NCBI GenBank assembly: GCA_001662655.1
Contig: KV460239.1
Reading direction: 5' to 3' (one strand)
Source of the DNA: Pseudogymnoascus verrucosus
Lineage: Eukaryota
DNA: 64,000 nucleotides
Shown piece by piece: positions 1 to 11,729 of the stretch (position 1 is its first letter; each line of letters starts with the position of its first letter). The position numbers and the translations under genes were made by a program. The notes under the pieces are model-generated. The model made no database searches. It was not told the DNA's origin and saw only the letters and a program-made list of their open reading frames with translations.

Positions 1-194
1 GGACAAAAAAAGCGAAATGCCTATTCAGGTCCGTTTTGCTAACGATCTAAATGTGTTGATGGGTGCCTATATAGCCGAACTGGACGCGTTTTCTTCTCGC
101 TGTTGCTGTCGTGAGGTTCTCGTCACCGCCCCTTTTTTTATCACCCCTTTTCTCGTCACCACCCCGTCTTCCCACCAACACCACCCCTTTTTCT

Positions 195-488
195 GTTTTC
201 CCTAACCTCCGGACGGGTCGCTGTCCTGCCACTTCTGCAGTGATGCCAGCTGTCTCATTGGTGACCATGGCCATTTCGTACATATTAATGAACGTTCTCG
301 ATGCCCAAATCTGGACGGGCCGATCAGACGGGCAATAGGCCATTTATTGGGCGTCGCCCTTGACTTGGAACATTTCTCCCGCCTCGTTCTCAGACGCAAT
401 ACACAATGAGTATCCAGTAATCGGGCTCACCAGGAGCCTGTCGCTGGGTCACCACCGAATGGACAAGTGGTTTCTTTTTGAGCGTTAT
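195..488 (-). pseudogene. Probable pseudogene of a small fungal protein family (DUF6540-like, from memory)
   Basis: Minus-strand pieces join across a frameshift near 400 and a TAA at 346-344 to give (I/M)TLKKKPLVHSVVTQRQAPGEPDYWILIV/ASENEAGEMFQVKGDAQ*MAYCPSDRPVQIWASRTFINMYEMAMVT..EVAGQRP/EVREN. This resembles the recalled pattern QQAPGEPxHWSLFVA..G..YQVKGDA..M.Y.PS....S..F...Y.LA...ENCQGW. The expected ATG reads ATA (488-486). Confidence 0.5.
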
Positions 489-1218
489 GTATAGTACACC
501 ATTGGATTTGATCCGACGATGTAATGAGGTTGATATTCTTTGGTTATTTGTGGCTGGCATTGGCTTTGCTAGGTGTTGATTCTTTTATGGGAAATAATAT
601 CCGCTATTGGTCCTGTGCACAGATATAATTATGTATTGCTTTGGTCTAGGTGCCATTCTATAAAGTATGTGGAATTATTTGATACTGATATTTTTTAAAA
701 ATATAAAGATGACAATAATAATCACACGACTAACAGAAATATATGTACACCACAACCTCCACAAATTATACCAAATCCAGCCATGGTAACTGGTATTCCA
801 TATATTACCCATAATATTCAGATACCAAATGTTATATTTTAAGAAGTTCTTGTAGCCAAAATGATTATTTTAGTGAGCAGTACCTAGAACGGAGTGATAG
901 CTGTGTGAGCGGTTATATGGTACTCGTTCTTTCCAAATCTACAGAAAAAAATATGGCCTTGAGTATAGAATTAAAAAGAGTATCACTCAAAAAATGGAAT
1001 TTCCGAGTTTCAATTGAGAAAGGAATTCGTGTAAACATCATTCAAAATCAATGGTGCTGGTTCCTGCCAAGAAGCCAATTCGGCCACGTCACGTGAAAAC
1101 CTTAAATAATTTCGCTAGCCGATTTATTGAAGATGCGCCTGGAGGGCATCCTGACTTCGAGCTGTAGGAAAGAGCGAAGCCAGTTCTCCCACAGAACAAT
1201 TGGCTACTTCAGATCGAG

Positions 1219-2058
1219 ATGTCAACATCTGCAGTAGTGCGGCCAGCCGCACAGCTTCTCTTGAAGCCCACACGAACCCACCATGTCTCCCTGACCTTCC
1301 TCACTCCCTCAATCGTCAAGACCCAAACCTCTCAATTCTCCACCTCGCGACAATCCTTCTTCCCCCGCGACTTCAACCGTGAAAGAGGTGTCAGCACAGT
1401 CAGGAGAACTGGCCCTCGCCAGCCCCTGAGTGTCTCCAATGACCCTCTTCCGGAGCCCGTCCTCGACCCCAAAAAGCGGAGCAAGCTCCGTGTCGACGAA
1501 AACCACGGCTTATATCAATTTTTCCACTCGAAAGAGAAGGCAATGAACACACCAGAGGAGGATAACAGCCACGGCCGCCCTTGGAGTGCGGAGGAGTTGA
1601 GGCACAAGAGCTGGGAAGACCTGCATTCGCTGTGGTGGGTTTGCTGCAAGGAGCGCAACAGGATTGCAACGGAGACACACGAGCGAGAGCGTCTCGATGC
1701 CGGTTACGGTGACTACGAGGCAAAGGCGAGGGATGTTGCTGTAAGAAACCATGCATTTGCTTGATATATTTACATCTACGGGGGCTTCATGCTGACATTA
1801 TTTATCCAGGTCCGGAGAACTCAGCGGGCGATTAAGCAAGTACTTACCGAGCGATACTATTCATGGGAAGATGCGAGGAAGTTGGCAGCGGGCGATCCGG
1901 AGGTGGATCTCTCTGGAGAAGGACCAGCACATACACCAAGCCTGGATGCCTTTGAGTTAGAAGAGCCGACTGCGGAGGAGCTCGAGGCTGAAGCAGCCGA
2001 AGCGGCCGCGGCAGAGGGCACCGAAAAGGGTCAGCCGGTCAAGCCCCAAACGGTATAG
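1219..2058 (+). CDS. MRPL4: Mitochondrial large-subunit ribosomal protein uL29m (MRP-L47 family); exons 1219-1740, 1810-2058
   Basis: Motif GRPWSAEELRHKSWEDLHSLWWVCCKERNRIATE...VRRTQRAIKQVLTER; presequence-like Ser/Thr/Arg-rich N-terminus; GTAAGA..GCTGAC..CAG intron 1741-1809. Confidence 0.92.
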
Positions 2059-2518
2059 TGAGCTCAATGGGATCTGTTGAGAATCCACAAGCCATTATAA
2101 GACAAAGGGGTCTATCTGAACATAGACTCACGCATGAGCTGGCAGGGAAATGACCGTCTTCGGTCAATGTTGTATTGGAGACTACGGAAGCGCATTTGGA
2201 TGTAGGATAAAGCTGTATAAGATAGAGATCATCTTTGTGTAGGAGTATATAACAAATTACTGTTGATATAATGTCTTACCACTACGACCACCAAATGACA
2301 TTTATGGCGGATAATTCCGGCCCGTTGCGACTCTATGTTGTAAGGGGAATAGTTGAAGCGAGTGGAGCAAGCCAGAGGTGACCGCTACTCTCTATCAGTA
2401 GCGCCGTAGCTTGTACAACAAAGTTGCAACTGTGTTCGCCGAAACTTGAGCCTATAGCTACTGTTGATTCTTTGACTACCTTCTTTGCACATAGCCAGGA
2501 GGAATATAGCTTGTCATT

Positions 2519-4291
2519 ATGGACGAAATCGCCCCAGAGTACGATGTTGTGGTCCTTGGTACCGGTATGTAACCCCGCATTGAGGGGCACGTCAGACTCG
2601 ATAGCTAACAACCTCCCCTTTGAAGGTCTGACCGAGTGTGTTCTGTCTGGGTAAGCATACAAGAGACCCTTGCGATGACAGTGAGCTAATATTTTTCAAA
2701 GAGTTCTCAGTGTGAAGGGCAAGAAGGTGCTGCACATTGACCGCAACGATTACTATGGCGGGTAAGTTCTCGACCACCCTGGGGTTTGTGGGCTAGACTA
2801 ACGCAACACAGAGAGGCAGCTTCTGTCAACATCGAGACTGTTAGTGAGATTACAACTTTAACTACGAATTGTATTCTGACATGTAGCAGCTGTTCAAGAA
2901 GTACGGAAACTATAACGCGGGTGAGGAGCCATGGAAGAAGTACGGCCGTGCCAACGACTGGAACATCGATCTGGTATCCAAGCTGCTCATCTCAAGCGGA
3001 GAGCTTACCAACATTCTCGTTTCAACGGACGTAACAAGATACCTTGAGTTCAAGCAAATCGCTGGCAGCTATGTGCAGCAGAGCTCCGGACCAAAGGCGA
3101 CTGTCGCCAAGGTTCCCTCTGATGCAAAGGAGGCCCTGACCTCCTCCCTAATGGGTATTTTCGAGAAGAGGCGCATGAAGTCGTTTATCGAGTGGGTTGG
3201 AACCTTCAACGAGGGCGATTCCGCTAGCCACAAGGGTATGTGGACTCTTAAATCTGGTTGGTGATGTCGCTGACCGCTATCTAGGCTTGAACATCCAAGC
3301 ATGCACGATGAAGGAGGTCTACGACAAGTTCGGATTAGAAGCAACCACTCGCGACTTCATCGGACATGCCATGGCATTATACACAACTGACGACTACATT
3401 ACCGCGGCAGGAGGAGCACCAGAGACTATCGAGCGTATCCGTCTCTACGGTAACTCTGTTGCCCGCTATGGAAAGTCCCCATACATCTACCCGCTCTACG
3501 GTCTTGGTGAGCTTCCTCAGGGATTCGCTCGTCTGTCCGCTATCTACGGTGGAACTTACATGCTCAACACCAACCTTGATGAGGTTACATACGACGGAGA
3601 CAAGGCTGTTGGTATTAAGGCAACCATGAAGGAGCGTGGAGATGAGGGCGACGGAATGACCTTCAGCACCAAGGCCAAGAAGATTCTCGGAGACCCATCC
3701 TACTTCCCCGGCAAGGTCCAAGTTGTTGGCCACGTCCTAAAGGCGATTTGCATCTTGAACCACCCCATCCAGGGCACCGATAACAGCGACTCGTGCCAGC
3801 TTATCATTCCCCAATCGCAGGTCGGAAGGAAGAATGGTGAGTTTATTAATACTGCTATTTTTATAGACAAGCTAACCATATTATAGATATCTACATCGCC
3901 ATGGTCTCTTCTGCACACAACGTATGCCCCAAGGGTTACTACATCGCCATCGTCTCCACAATGGCCGAGACCAACGCAAACCATCACCTTGAGCTCGCAC
4001 CCGGCTTCGAGCGCCTCGGCAGGATCGAGGAGAAGTTCATGGTACGTGCCTACTACCCATTAACCTGACAAAGAAAAACAACTAACCTCCTCCCAGGGCC
4101 CACCAATCCCACTCTACGAGCCGCTCGAGAGCGGCGTCAATGACAACATCTTCATCTCCAAGAGCTACGATGCCACCAGCCACTTTGAGACCACCACCGA
4201 CGATGTCAAGAACATTTACCTCAGGGCTGAGGGACACGAGTTGGTTGTTGAGGGACTGCGTGAGGGAACCAACTTGGTTGGTGAGGAGTAA
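2519..4291 (+). CDS. GDI1: Rab GDP-dissociation inhibitor; 8 exons (2519-2564, 2626-2650, 2702-2761, 2812-2839, 2890-3235, 3285-3836, 3887-4041, 4097-4291)
   Basis: Spliced product starts [48 protein letters not shown] and contains SPYIYPLYGLGELPQGFARLSAIYGGTYML and SYDATSHFETT; all introns GT-AG with branch sites. Confidence 0.97.
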
Positions 4292-4690
4292 GAGGGGGGA
4301 GGTGTGAATAGATGAACAAACTCGTTGGTGCCTATCATTGCTAATATCGGAATACCTCGTCGAAAAATATCTATGACATTATGCCAAATCTGCTGTTTTG
4401 AACTGGTATTGCGAGGCACGTGAAGGTCAAAGATATGTTTATGGAGACTTCCTGCAAGTATTTCCAGTGCACCATTTATGTTTGCCTCGTTTTCCCATTA
4501 CAGGCGCTGCAAGCAAGTTTTCGTTTACTGTTCGCATCTCTTTGTATTTCTAGCAGGTGATATTTTGGAGCAAAATTTGTCCGACCATCCGCCAAATCCG
4601 GACTCCCATTCTACACCGAGTCTAAACAAAAGAATTAGCCAACCTCAACCAAAATGTCTTTATCTTCTTTCTTCCCATTAATGCTTTTGG

Positions 4691-4826
4691 AATGCCGAGA
4701 GACTCGGGCTCTGCACCCGATCCGTGGCATTTAGATCAACAAAGAACTGAAGGATTCGGTAAGCTGGTTCTTTCATCGTCGATGCATTCGGGCTCTCGAT
4801 GATCAGAGATGCTGGTCGACACATAG
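4691..4826 (+). ncRNA. Candidate box H/ACA snoRNA-like structured RNA
   Basis: Hairpin 4691-4731, H-box AGATCA 4733-4738, hairpin 4741-4773, hairpin 4778-4820, ACA 4821-4823. Folded by eye only. Confidence 0.3.
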
Positions 4827-5007
4827 ACATACATAGGTAGACGAGGTAAGTTGCTTTGAATCTCTTAAACCCTTCATTTCCCTCTTTCGAGCTATTGTCC
4901 ATCGCTTTTACAACGCCATACACAACACACATACATTCTCCTTATTGACCGGCAGGTCATAATTACAAGGCGATTCAACCGCACCACCCACAACCCCCTC
5001 ATCCATC

Positions 5008-6348
5008 ATGGCCTCAAATCCACCCAACCCCCCCCCAGGCGCAGGGAAGAGAACCAAAACCCCTCCCCCCACCACCGACGACTCCTTCACCATCGCGCTC
5101 ACCCCGAGAAATGTCGCCATGCAGCGCCTCCGCGACCTCCAAGACCCCGAAACAGCAGCAATAAACGAGCATTACCGCCGCACCGGCCAGCTCCCCCGCG
5201 TCCTCGGCCAATCGCCGCTCGCGGGGTCGCTCGCGGCGCCAACCAGTGGGATCGCGGGGACGAGATTCACGCCCGTTAATCGCCCCGCTGCCAACGCCGG
5301 TGGGACGACATTCACACCCGTTAACCCCGCCGGCGCCGGCACTACTGGGGCGGGGACGAGACCGGGGGATACTAATATACCGGGTGTCACTATCAATAGA
5401 GCTACAAACGGCAGCGTAGCTCCGGGTGCGAATCCGCGTGCGAGAGGCCCGAGAGGTAGACTCCCGGCGCCGACACCCATGGGCCTGCCTCCGGGGGTAA
5501 TAGTGCGGCAGCCTGGAGTGGAGCCGAGGAGGAATATGCAGCGGTATGGCGCTTTCATTGAGGATAGCCCTGAGCCGCCGCCGGCGTTGCGGCCGGACGT
5601 CCCGCCGCCTTCGGATGCGGAGTTGCGCGCCAGGCTGGCGATGCAGACGGGTCAGAAGGGGGTGATCAAGTATCCGATTCGGTATATGGGGATATTGCCC
5701 GATGAGCTGAGTGAGGATTTCGATGCGAGTACGGGGTATAATCCGCCGCCTCCGGGGCAGAGGGGGACGGATGCGGAGGAGAGGGCGTGGGAGAAGGTGA
5801 GGGTGGAGAGCCTTAGGGGGGTGAGGTTTGGGGAGTGGAATACGAGTTGGCTTATGAGGATGGCGCAGTTGAAGGGGGTTGGTGTGGAGCTGGAGGGGGG
5901 CGAGGCGGAGGTTCGTGAGGTGCTGGAGAGGGAGTTGACGGAGGTGAAGATGGCGGAGAAGGCTGTGGCAGTGCAAGAGGCTCTCGTGGGGACTGACGGG
6001 GGGCGCTGGGCTAAGGTGGTAGAGGCGGAGGTCGAGCAGGAGCGCTATATTTTAGTGGATGAGGACAAGGATGATATGGAGGTGATAAAGTCAAAGGTGG
6101 CGACGACGTGGCAGCAGCAGGCGAAGATGGATTTACCTGCTAGTGACGTGAGTTTGTGGTTGTCGGCCGTGACGTGGGGAACTAAGCCGTCGAGGATGGT
6201 GAGGTGGGCGGGGAGGAATGCAGAGATGGATGATGGGCATTGGTTGGGGATTTATGTGTATAGGTTGACGAGGAAGGGGAAGGCTGCAGAAGTTGAGAGG
6301 AATGAGCAGTATGAGAGGGAGGCGAGGCGCTCGGCCGCTGGGCGTTGA
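5008..6348 (+). CDS. Hypothetical protein (446 aa), Pro/Gly-rich N-half, charged C-half
   Basis: Long uninterrupted ORF with good start context (CATCATGG); a probable 5'-UTR intron 4846-4955 (GTAAGT..TTGAC..CAG) precedes it; no recognised domain. Confidence 0.7.
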   Translation: MASNPPNPPPGAGKRTKTPPPTTDDSFTIALTPRNVAMQRLRDLQDPETAAINEHYRRTGQLPRVLGQSPLAGSLAAPTSGIAGTRFTPVNRPAANAGGTTFTPVNPAGAGTTGAGTRPGDTNIPGVTINRATNGSVAPGANPRARGPRGRLPAPTPMGLPPGVIVRQPGVEPRRNMQRYGAFIEDSPEPPPALRPDVPPPSDAELRARLAMQTGQKGVIKYPIRYMGILPDELSEDFDASTGYNPPPPGQRGTDAEERAWEKVRVESLRGVRFGEWNTSWLMRMAQLKGVGVELEGGEAEVREVLERELTEVKMAEKAVAVQEALVGTDGGRWAKVVEAEVEQERYILVDEDKDDMEVIKSKVATTWQQQAKMDLPASDVSLWLSAVTWGTKPSRMVRWAGRNAEMDDGHWLGIYVYRLTRKGKAAEVERNEQYEREARRSAAGR

Positions 6349-7006
6349 TGATGGGATGCGGTTATGTGCTTTGCTGTTGTTGTTTGTGGCTTTTGCGTTG
6401 CTTGATTTCCTTTACTCATTTTGTCTAACTGATTATTGGTCATATATAAATCTGATCGAAATGGAATCTAAGCCTCTTATTATTTACCAAGAATTATTAT
6501 CTCAAGTATATCTACCACTTGCTGAAATATAGAGCTTGTATTCATATATATCGTTCTAATTCTACTGAGAGTTCCGAATCTCTTTTAACATTAAAGTAAA
6601 CGGAGCCTCAGTATTCAACACCTTTTATACCCTAACCGCTCAGTCGTCGTACATGGCCTGAAACAGCTATACCTAGCGCACCCCCAATTGACCAACACAT
6701 CTGCACAAGCCTACCACTACACCCAAACCACCCAAACACTGATCCGCGTCGAGTCTAGTAACCAACGCCGAGCATCCTCTATTTCGGCTTCAAGGCCCGT
6801 CACGCGGCGTGCAAAACTCCCCTCCGGCAGATATCAATTTACCCGGCCATCACTCCATTTCCCCCTCCCATAAAAGCACCCCTCCATAGCTTCCAACTAT
6901 AGAATATTTGCTGTAACACAACATTTTATTACCCCTCTATCACATTATTTACCCCTCCATCACGTTACAACCCCTCCATCAAACCTTAACCCCCACCACA
7001 GCTACC

Positions 7007-7863
7007 ATGCCTACTTGGCTCATCACCGGCTCCAACCGCGGCCTCGGCCTCGAATTTGTCACCCAGCTCTCCCAGGACGCCGGGAACACCATAATCGCGA
7101 CCTCGCGCTCTCTCTCCCCCTCCAACCTCGCTGGTCTCAAAGCGCTGGATGGCAATGCCGCCACTCTCCACATCTTGGAATGTGACACCAGTTCCCCCCC
7201 CTCCATCACAGCATTGGGGGATCAGGTAACAGCCTTAATCGGTGATACCAAAATTGACTACCTCCTCAACAACGCCGGTGTTAATGTCGCCTCTCAACAA
7301 ACCGGCCTCACCGTCACTCCCGAGGCGATTTTGGAGAATATGCAAACTAACGTCATTGGTCCGGCCATGATTGTCCAGGTCTTGGAGAAGCATCTGGGAA
7401 GGGGGGGGGTGGTGATGAACATGACCTCGGGGCTGGGGAGTATGTCCGATGCGAAGGGGGCGGAAACGACGAAGTGCACGGCTTATTCGATTTCGAAGGC
7501 GGGGGTGAATATGTTGACTTTGCATCAGGCGAATGCGTTGGCGGAGAGGGGGGTGGTGGTTGTTTGTGTTGATCCTGGGGTGAGTAATTCTGCGCTTGTT
7601 TGGGTATTTGAAAGTGAGAGAGAGCTAACTGGTGCGTTGTGTAGTGGGTTAAGACGGCTTGTATGAGAACCCCCCCCCCAACCCCCCTTTTGAGGATTTT
7701 GGATAGTGAGAGCGGAAATGCTAACTTGAGTGTAGTGGGTGGTGAGGGAGCGGTTATGGAGAAGGAGGATAGTATTCGGGGGATGTTGGGGGTGTTGAGG
7801 GGGTTGAAGGCGGAGGATTCGGGGAAGTTCTTTGCGTATGATGGGAAGGAGAAGGCGTGGTAG
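7007..7863 (+). CDS. Short-chain dehydrogenase/reductase (CsgA/C-factor-like); exons 7007-7579, 7645-7660, 7736-7863
   Basis: TGSNRGLG Rossmann motif, NNAG, YSISK catalytic YxxxK; splicing through a 16-nt exon rebuilds the family motif DPGWVKTALGG and ends SGKFFAYDGKEKAW. Confidence 0.92.
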
Positions 7864-8261
7864 ATGGGGATTCATTGGCAGATTGGGGAGCATTGGATGG
7901 TATAGAAGTGGAGGATGATTTAGAGGAGATATTTATAAGGTGATATTATGACTATGTATATACCCTTGTATGGACTTTTTGGCAGTGTGAGTATTCGAAT
8001 TGATAGGAGTATTTGCAGAATATCACGGTATATGGTATGCGGTTGAAGAAGGTATTTTGAAAAATATATTTTAACGAAAATTATGATTATATATACGCAC
8101 CCCCTCTATCCAAAACCCCATAACAATTTTGCTGGATATCATCGCCGGCTGAGCTCAACTAGAGCTTTTCCCAAAAATCAAAACACCACGCAATGCCTCT
8201 GAAAAAAACAAAAAAAAATCCGTAAAGGAGTATGTAAGTAACCAACATCCCCATCCAAAGC

Positions 8262-10073
8262 CTACAGCTTCACCGGATACTTCGTGCGAATATTCTTTCC
8301 ATACTTAAAAATAAGCGCCGGCACCGGAATCATCGCCAACGCAATGAACCCCAGCAGCGAGTTCCCCCACCCAAGACCAAGCTTATCATACATAGCCGGC
8401 GCAGCAAGCGGCAACACAGCCGCGAACACACTCCGACTCGCTGTCAATGCCGCGACGGCAGACGCTGCGTACTCGGGGAACGCATCAATCATGTATGTCT
8501 GAATCGGGATAAAGACACCCATCATACCGAAGCCGAAGGGGATGAGGCCGATGATGGGAACGATCCAGTGGACCTGCTTGTATGCAGTCCATCCGTACCA
8601 GAAGAAGGAGACGGGGATGAAGCAGGCGAACATGACGCAAGCTGGGAGACGCATCTCTGGCTCGCGGACGCCGCCGTTGGCGAGGGTCATGCGGACGACT
8701 GTTGCGTCGGAGATTTTGGCGACGACAGCGACGCCGGAGAAGAATCCGATGCCGACGCCGAGGTAAGCGAGTCCGGTGATCTCGGGGTCCCAGTGGTATT
8801 GCTTCTGGAAGACGCCGGTGATGGTGGTGAAGAGGAGGTAGAGGAGGCCGTAGACGACGGCCATGTAGAGGGACATGAGCGGGGTGATGACAGTCATGGT
8901 GAGCATCTTGAGTGGACGCATGAAGCCGTTCATGAGGACGGTGCGGGGAGGGAGAGGCGGGCCGGCGGAGTCGTAGCAGGAGCGGAGCTCGGGACGCGAG
9001 AGGGAGATGCGGAGGGCTTCGGTTTTGCGACGGATGAGAACGCGGTGGTTGGTTTCTTTGTTGAAGCATTCGATTCCGCAGGAGACGACGCCGGAGGCGA
9101 TGAGGAGGACCCAGAAGACCCAGCGCCAGCCGGCGCGCTGGGCGATGAAACCGCCGGTGATGGGACCGACGACGGGGCCGAAGAGGGGCCCGAGGGAGAA
9201 GATGGCGGATGCGAAGCCGCGCTGCTCGGGTTGGAAGAGGTCGGCGATGACGCCGCCGCCGATGGTGATACAGGCTGATCCGCCGACGCCGGCGAAGAAG
9301 CGGAAGACGATCAGGGCGTTGAGGTTAGGTGCCAGAGCGCACCCGATCTGCCAGAGCACGAATGTGACGTTGGCGCAGGCGAGGACGGGGCGACGACCGT
9401 AGATCTCGGAGAGCGGGGAGAGGAGGAGCGGGCCGACGGCGTAGCCGAGGACGAAGACGGAGACGCAGAAGGCGGAGAGGATAGTGGAGGTGTTGTGGAA
9501 TTCTTTGTTCATGAAGGAGACGCCGGGGGCGAACATGGAGGAAGCAAGGGGCGAGATGAAGGTGATGGCCGAGATGAGGAAGAGGAGGAGGAACTTCTTG
9601 CCGTCGGGAAAGTTGAGGGGCATATTTGGGTCGTCTTGCCCTTCCCATCCTACGACGCCTTCGTCGAGGTTTTGCTCGGGGATGGGGGAGGGCTCAAGCT
9701 TCTCTTTGGTCGTGGCGATGCGGGTTAGTACGCGTGTGATCCTGCTGCTCTTCGTCTCGGTCCTCTTGAGTGTGCCGGCCTCGGAAGCGGTCTTGACTAA
9801 GCCACGGGACATGACCTGGAGATCTTGTTAGTATATATATTCTAGCTTTGCAGCAGCAGTCTTTGGGAAACTTACTCTATCGATTGCCAAATCGGTCTGG
9901 CGCCCAGCATCCATGGCCTCGACTTCGCTATGTTCATAATCTGAGCTGGCGATGGAAGCGGCCTCGATCTTCTCGACCTCGAGATGAGTGTTGTTTGGTG
10001 CGGGGAGGGTGGTGGAGGAGGCGGTGGCCTGGGCCTCCAGGTCCGCCGCCGCTGTGGTCTTTTCGTCGGACAT
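8262..10073 (-). CDS. MFS transporter, DHA1 (drug:H+ antiporter / polyamine transporter) family; exons 10073-9876, 9815-8262
   Basis: WEGQDDPNMPLNF, PLSEIYGRRPV, RFFAGVGGS, GPVVGPITGGF, GWRWVFW, EPEMRL motifs; about 12 hydrophobic segments; 60-nt GT-AG intron 9875-9816. Confidence 0.93.
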
Positions 10074-11729
10074 GGCGAAAGGGGGTGTTTGGGGTTCCTG
10101 GCTCGTCGCCAGTACCGTTAAAGATGGTCTCTGAAAGCTAGTAAAGGAGGTTTGAGTCTCTGTAGAGTAGTTTGAAGTCTATAAACGTTTCGAACTAGGC
10201 TGTTGTGTATTGCAATGAAAAGTAAGTGTATAGGATGTCTGCCCGTATGTATGAGGGTTATCACAATCTCAGCCTTTCGAACTGGATATTAAGATATATA
10301 TCGAACTGTAGTAAAGTAAAGTAGTATGAGAAATAAGAGAAAAATCAAAACGAGAGAAGAGCACGTATATACTATATATGGCCCACCACACACAGACTAC
10401 AGCGAAAAGAAAAACAGGAAGCTTCCAAACCTTCCTTCATCCTCGCCGATGGTGATAACTAATGTCCGAGGCTTTTGCAAGGCCTTCGCCACGGAAGCGG
10501 AACTTCTCATCCACAGTGGGGGCAGCCCTGGCGGCGACGCCGTTGGTTAATCACTGGGATAAGCGTGTATATGCTGAAGATATACACTGCATAACATTGC
10601 ACAACTGTGGATAAGAATTGAGTATGCACAACTCACCCAGATCCGGGAATAAACCACCTTAGCCTAAGCTTAGGTAACCACTTTTCCTGCCGCTACTATA
10701 CACTAGCGCCGAGTAGCGCCGACGGGGTCGGGTCCGAAGGTGTTGGGCTACAACTAACCTACCAAGTCGCTTCGGCGTACCCCTTTCACCAGATTCAACG
10801 AGGTTTTGTATGGCAGAGCTACTTAACAACGACTTCATCCGCCTGTCGGCCCACCTTTCTCGGCAGCTACTTGCCGATTTTATGACCCTTGTGCAGGATT
10901 TGTGTCGTCGCACAGAGAGAGAAATCTGCACGCCGGACACCGCACGCACACACACGCACACGCCGCTCCGCTCTCCCATATCCATCGGAGGGAGTGAGTC
11001 CACACAGCAACGCATGTCGATGCGGTGTCACTCCGCTCATGGGTTTCACAGCACTTTCGTGGTGGAGAGCGCACGTGGAAGTACTTGTGGTATACAAATA
11101 TGGATCCTCCCATTCCTTCCCATCTCCCTTCCCTTCCCGCTGTTTCCCCTTTTCCTAATGAAGGAGGTGAGGTGGGACACTTATGTTATCTTATGTATAG
11201 CAGTTATACTATTATACCTGTGTATATACTCGGAGTTGGAGAAAGTGACAGAAGACCGGTGTCTCGGCCTCCCTTTCGCCGCGCCGTGGCCGCCAACGCA
11301 CGCTTGCGATGGCTATCCCCGTGTCGTCGTCTGGTACTATAGCATCATGCCGTATAATACCTGTTCTATGTATAGTAATCCGTTAAGGTAGTACTATAGG
11401 GCTGGCTGGAATTCAGAGTTTTCGTAATCCCCTAGCTCGGGGTTGTCGGGTTGAAGGGGGAATGGTTGCATTGACGTCACCCTGCATTCTTCTCGGTGTT
11501 CGGGGTTGATTATTAATTGCGATGTCTGGGAATAGATGTGGTGGCGGTGGTGGTGGGCTTTGTGAAGCACCAGGGGAGTTGGAGGGGTAGTAGAGGGTCT
11601 GAATATATGATGGGGTGTGAGAGACACTGATAATACGATTTTAATAGCTGGTTACTATTATTGATGCTCTTGGGGAGAGTTGCTATGGATGTAGTTGGGA
11701 ATAATGGGAAGGAAGCACCCATCTTACTT

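Noticed and set aside
195..210. CCCTAACC as a telomeric repeat or telomerase RNA template
   Set aside because: Single partial copy; I found no TAACCCTAA template or tandem TTAGGG run in the window, and it is better explained as part of the pseudogene.
5014..5976. Long antisense ORFs (320 aa here; also 17475-18638, 18010-19005, 41842-42711, 45000-45821)
   Set aside because: Shadows of GC-rich, codon-biased genes on the opposite strand; no independent motifs.
10810..11391. 193-aa ORF in the MFS upstream region
   Set aside because: Runs through simple repeats and AT-rich promoter-like DNA; no recognisable protein features.
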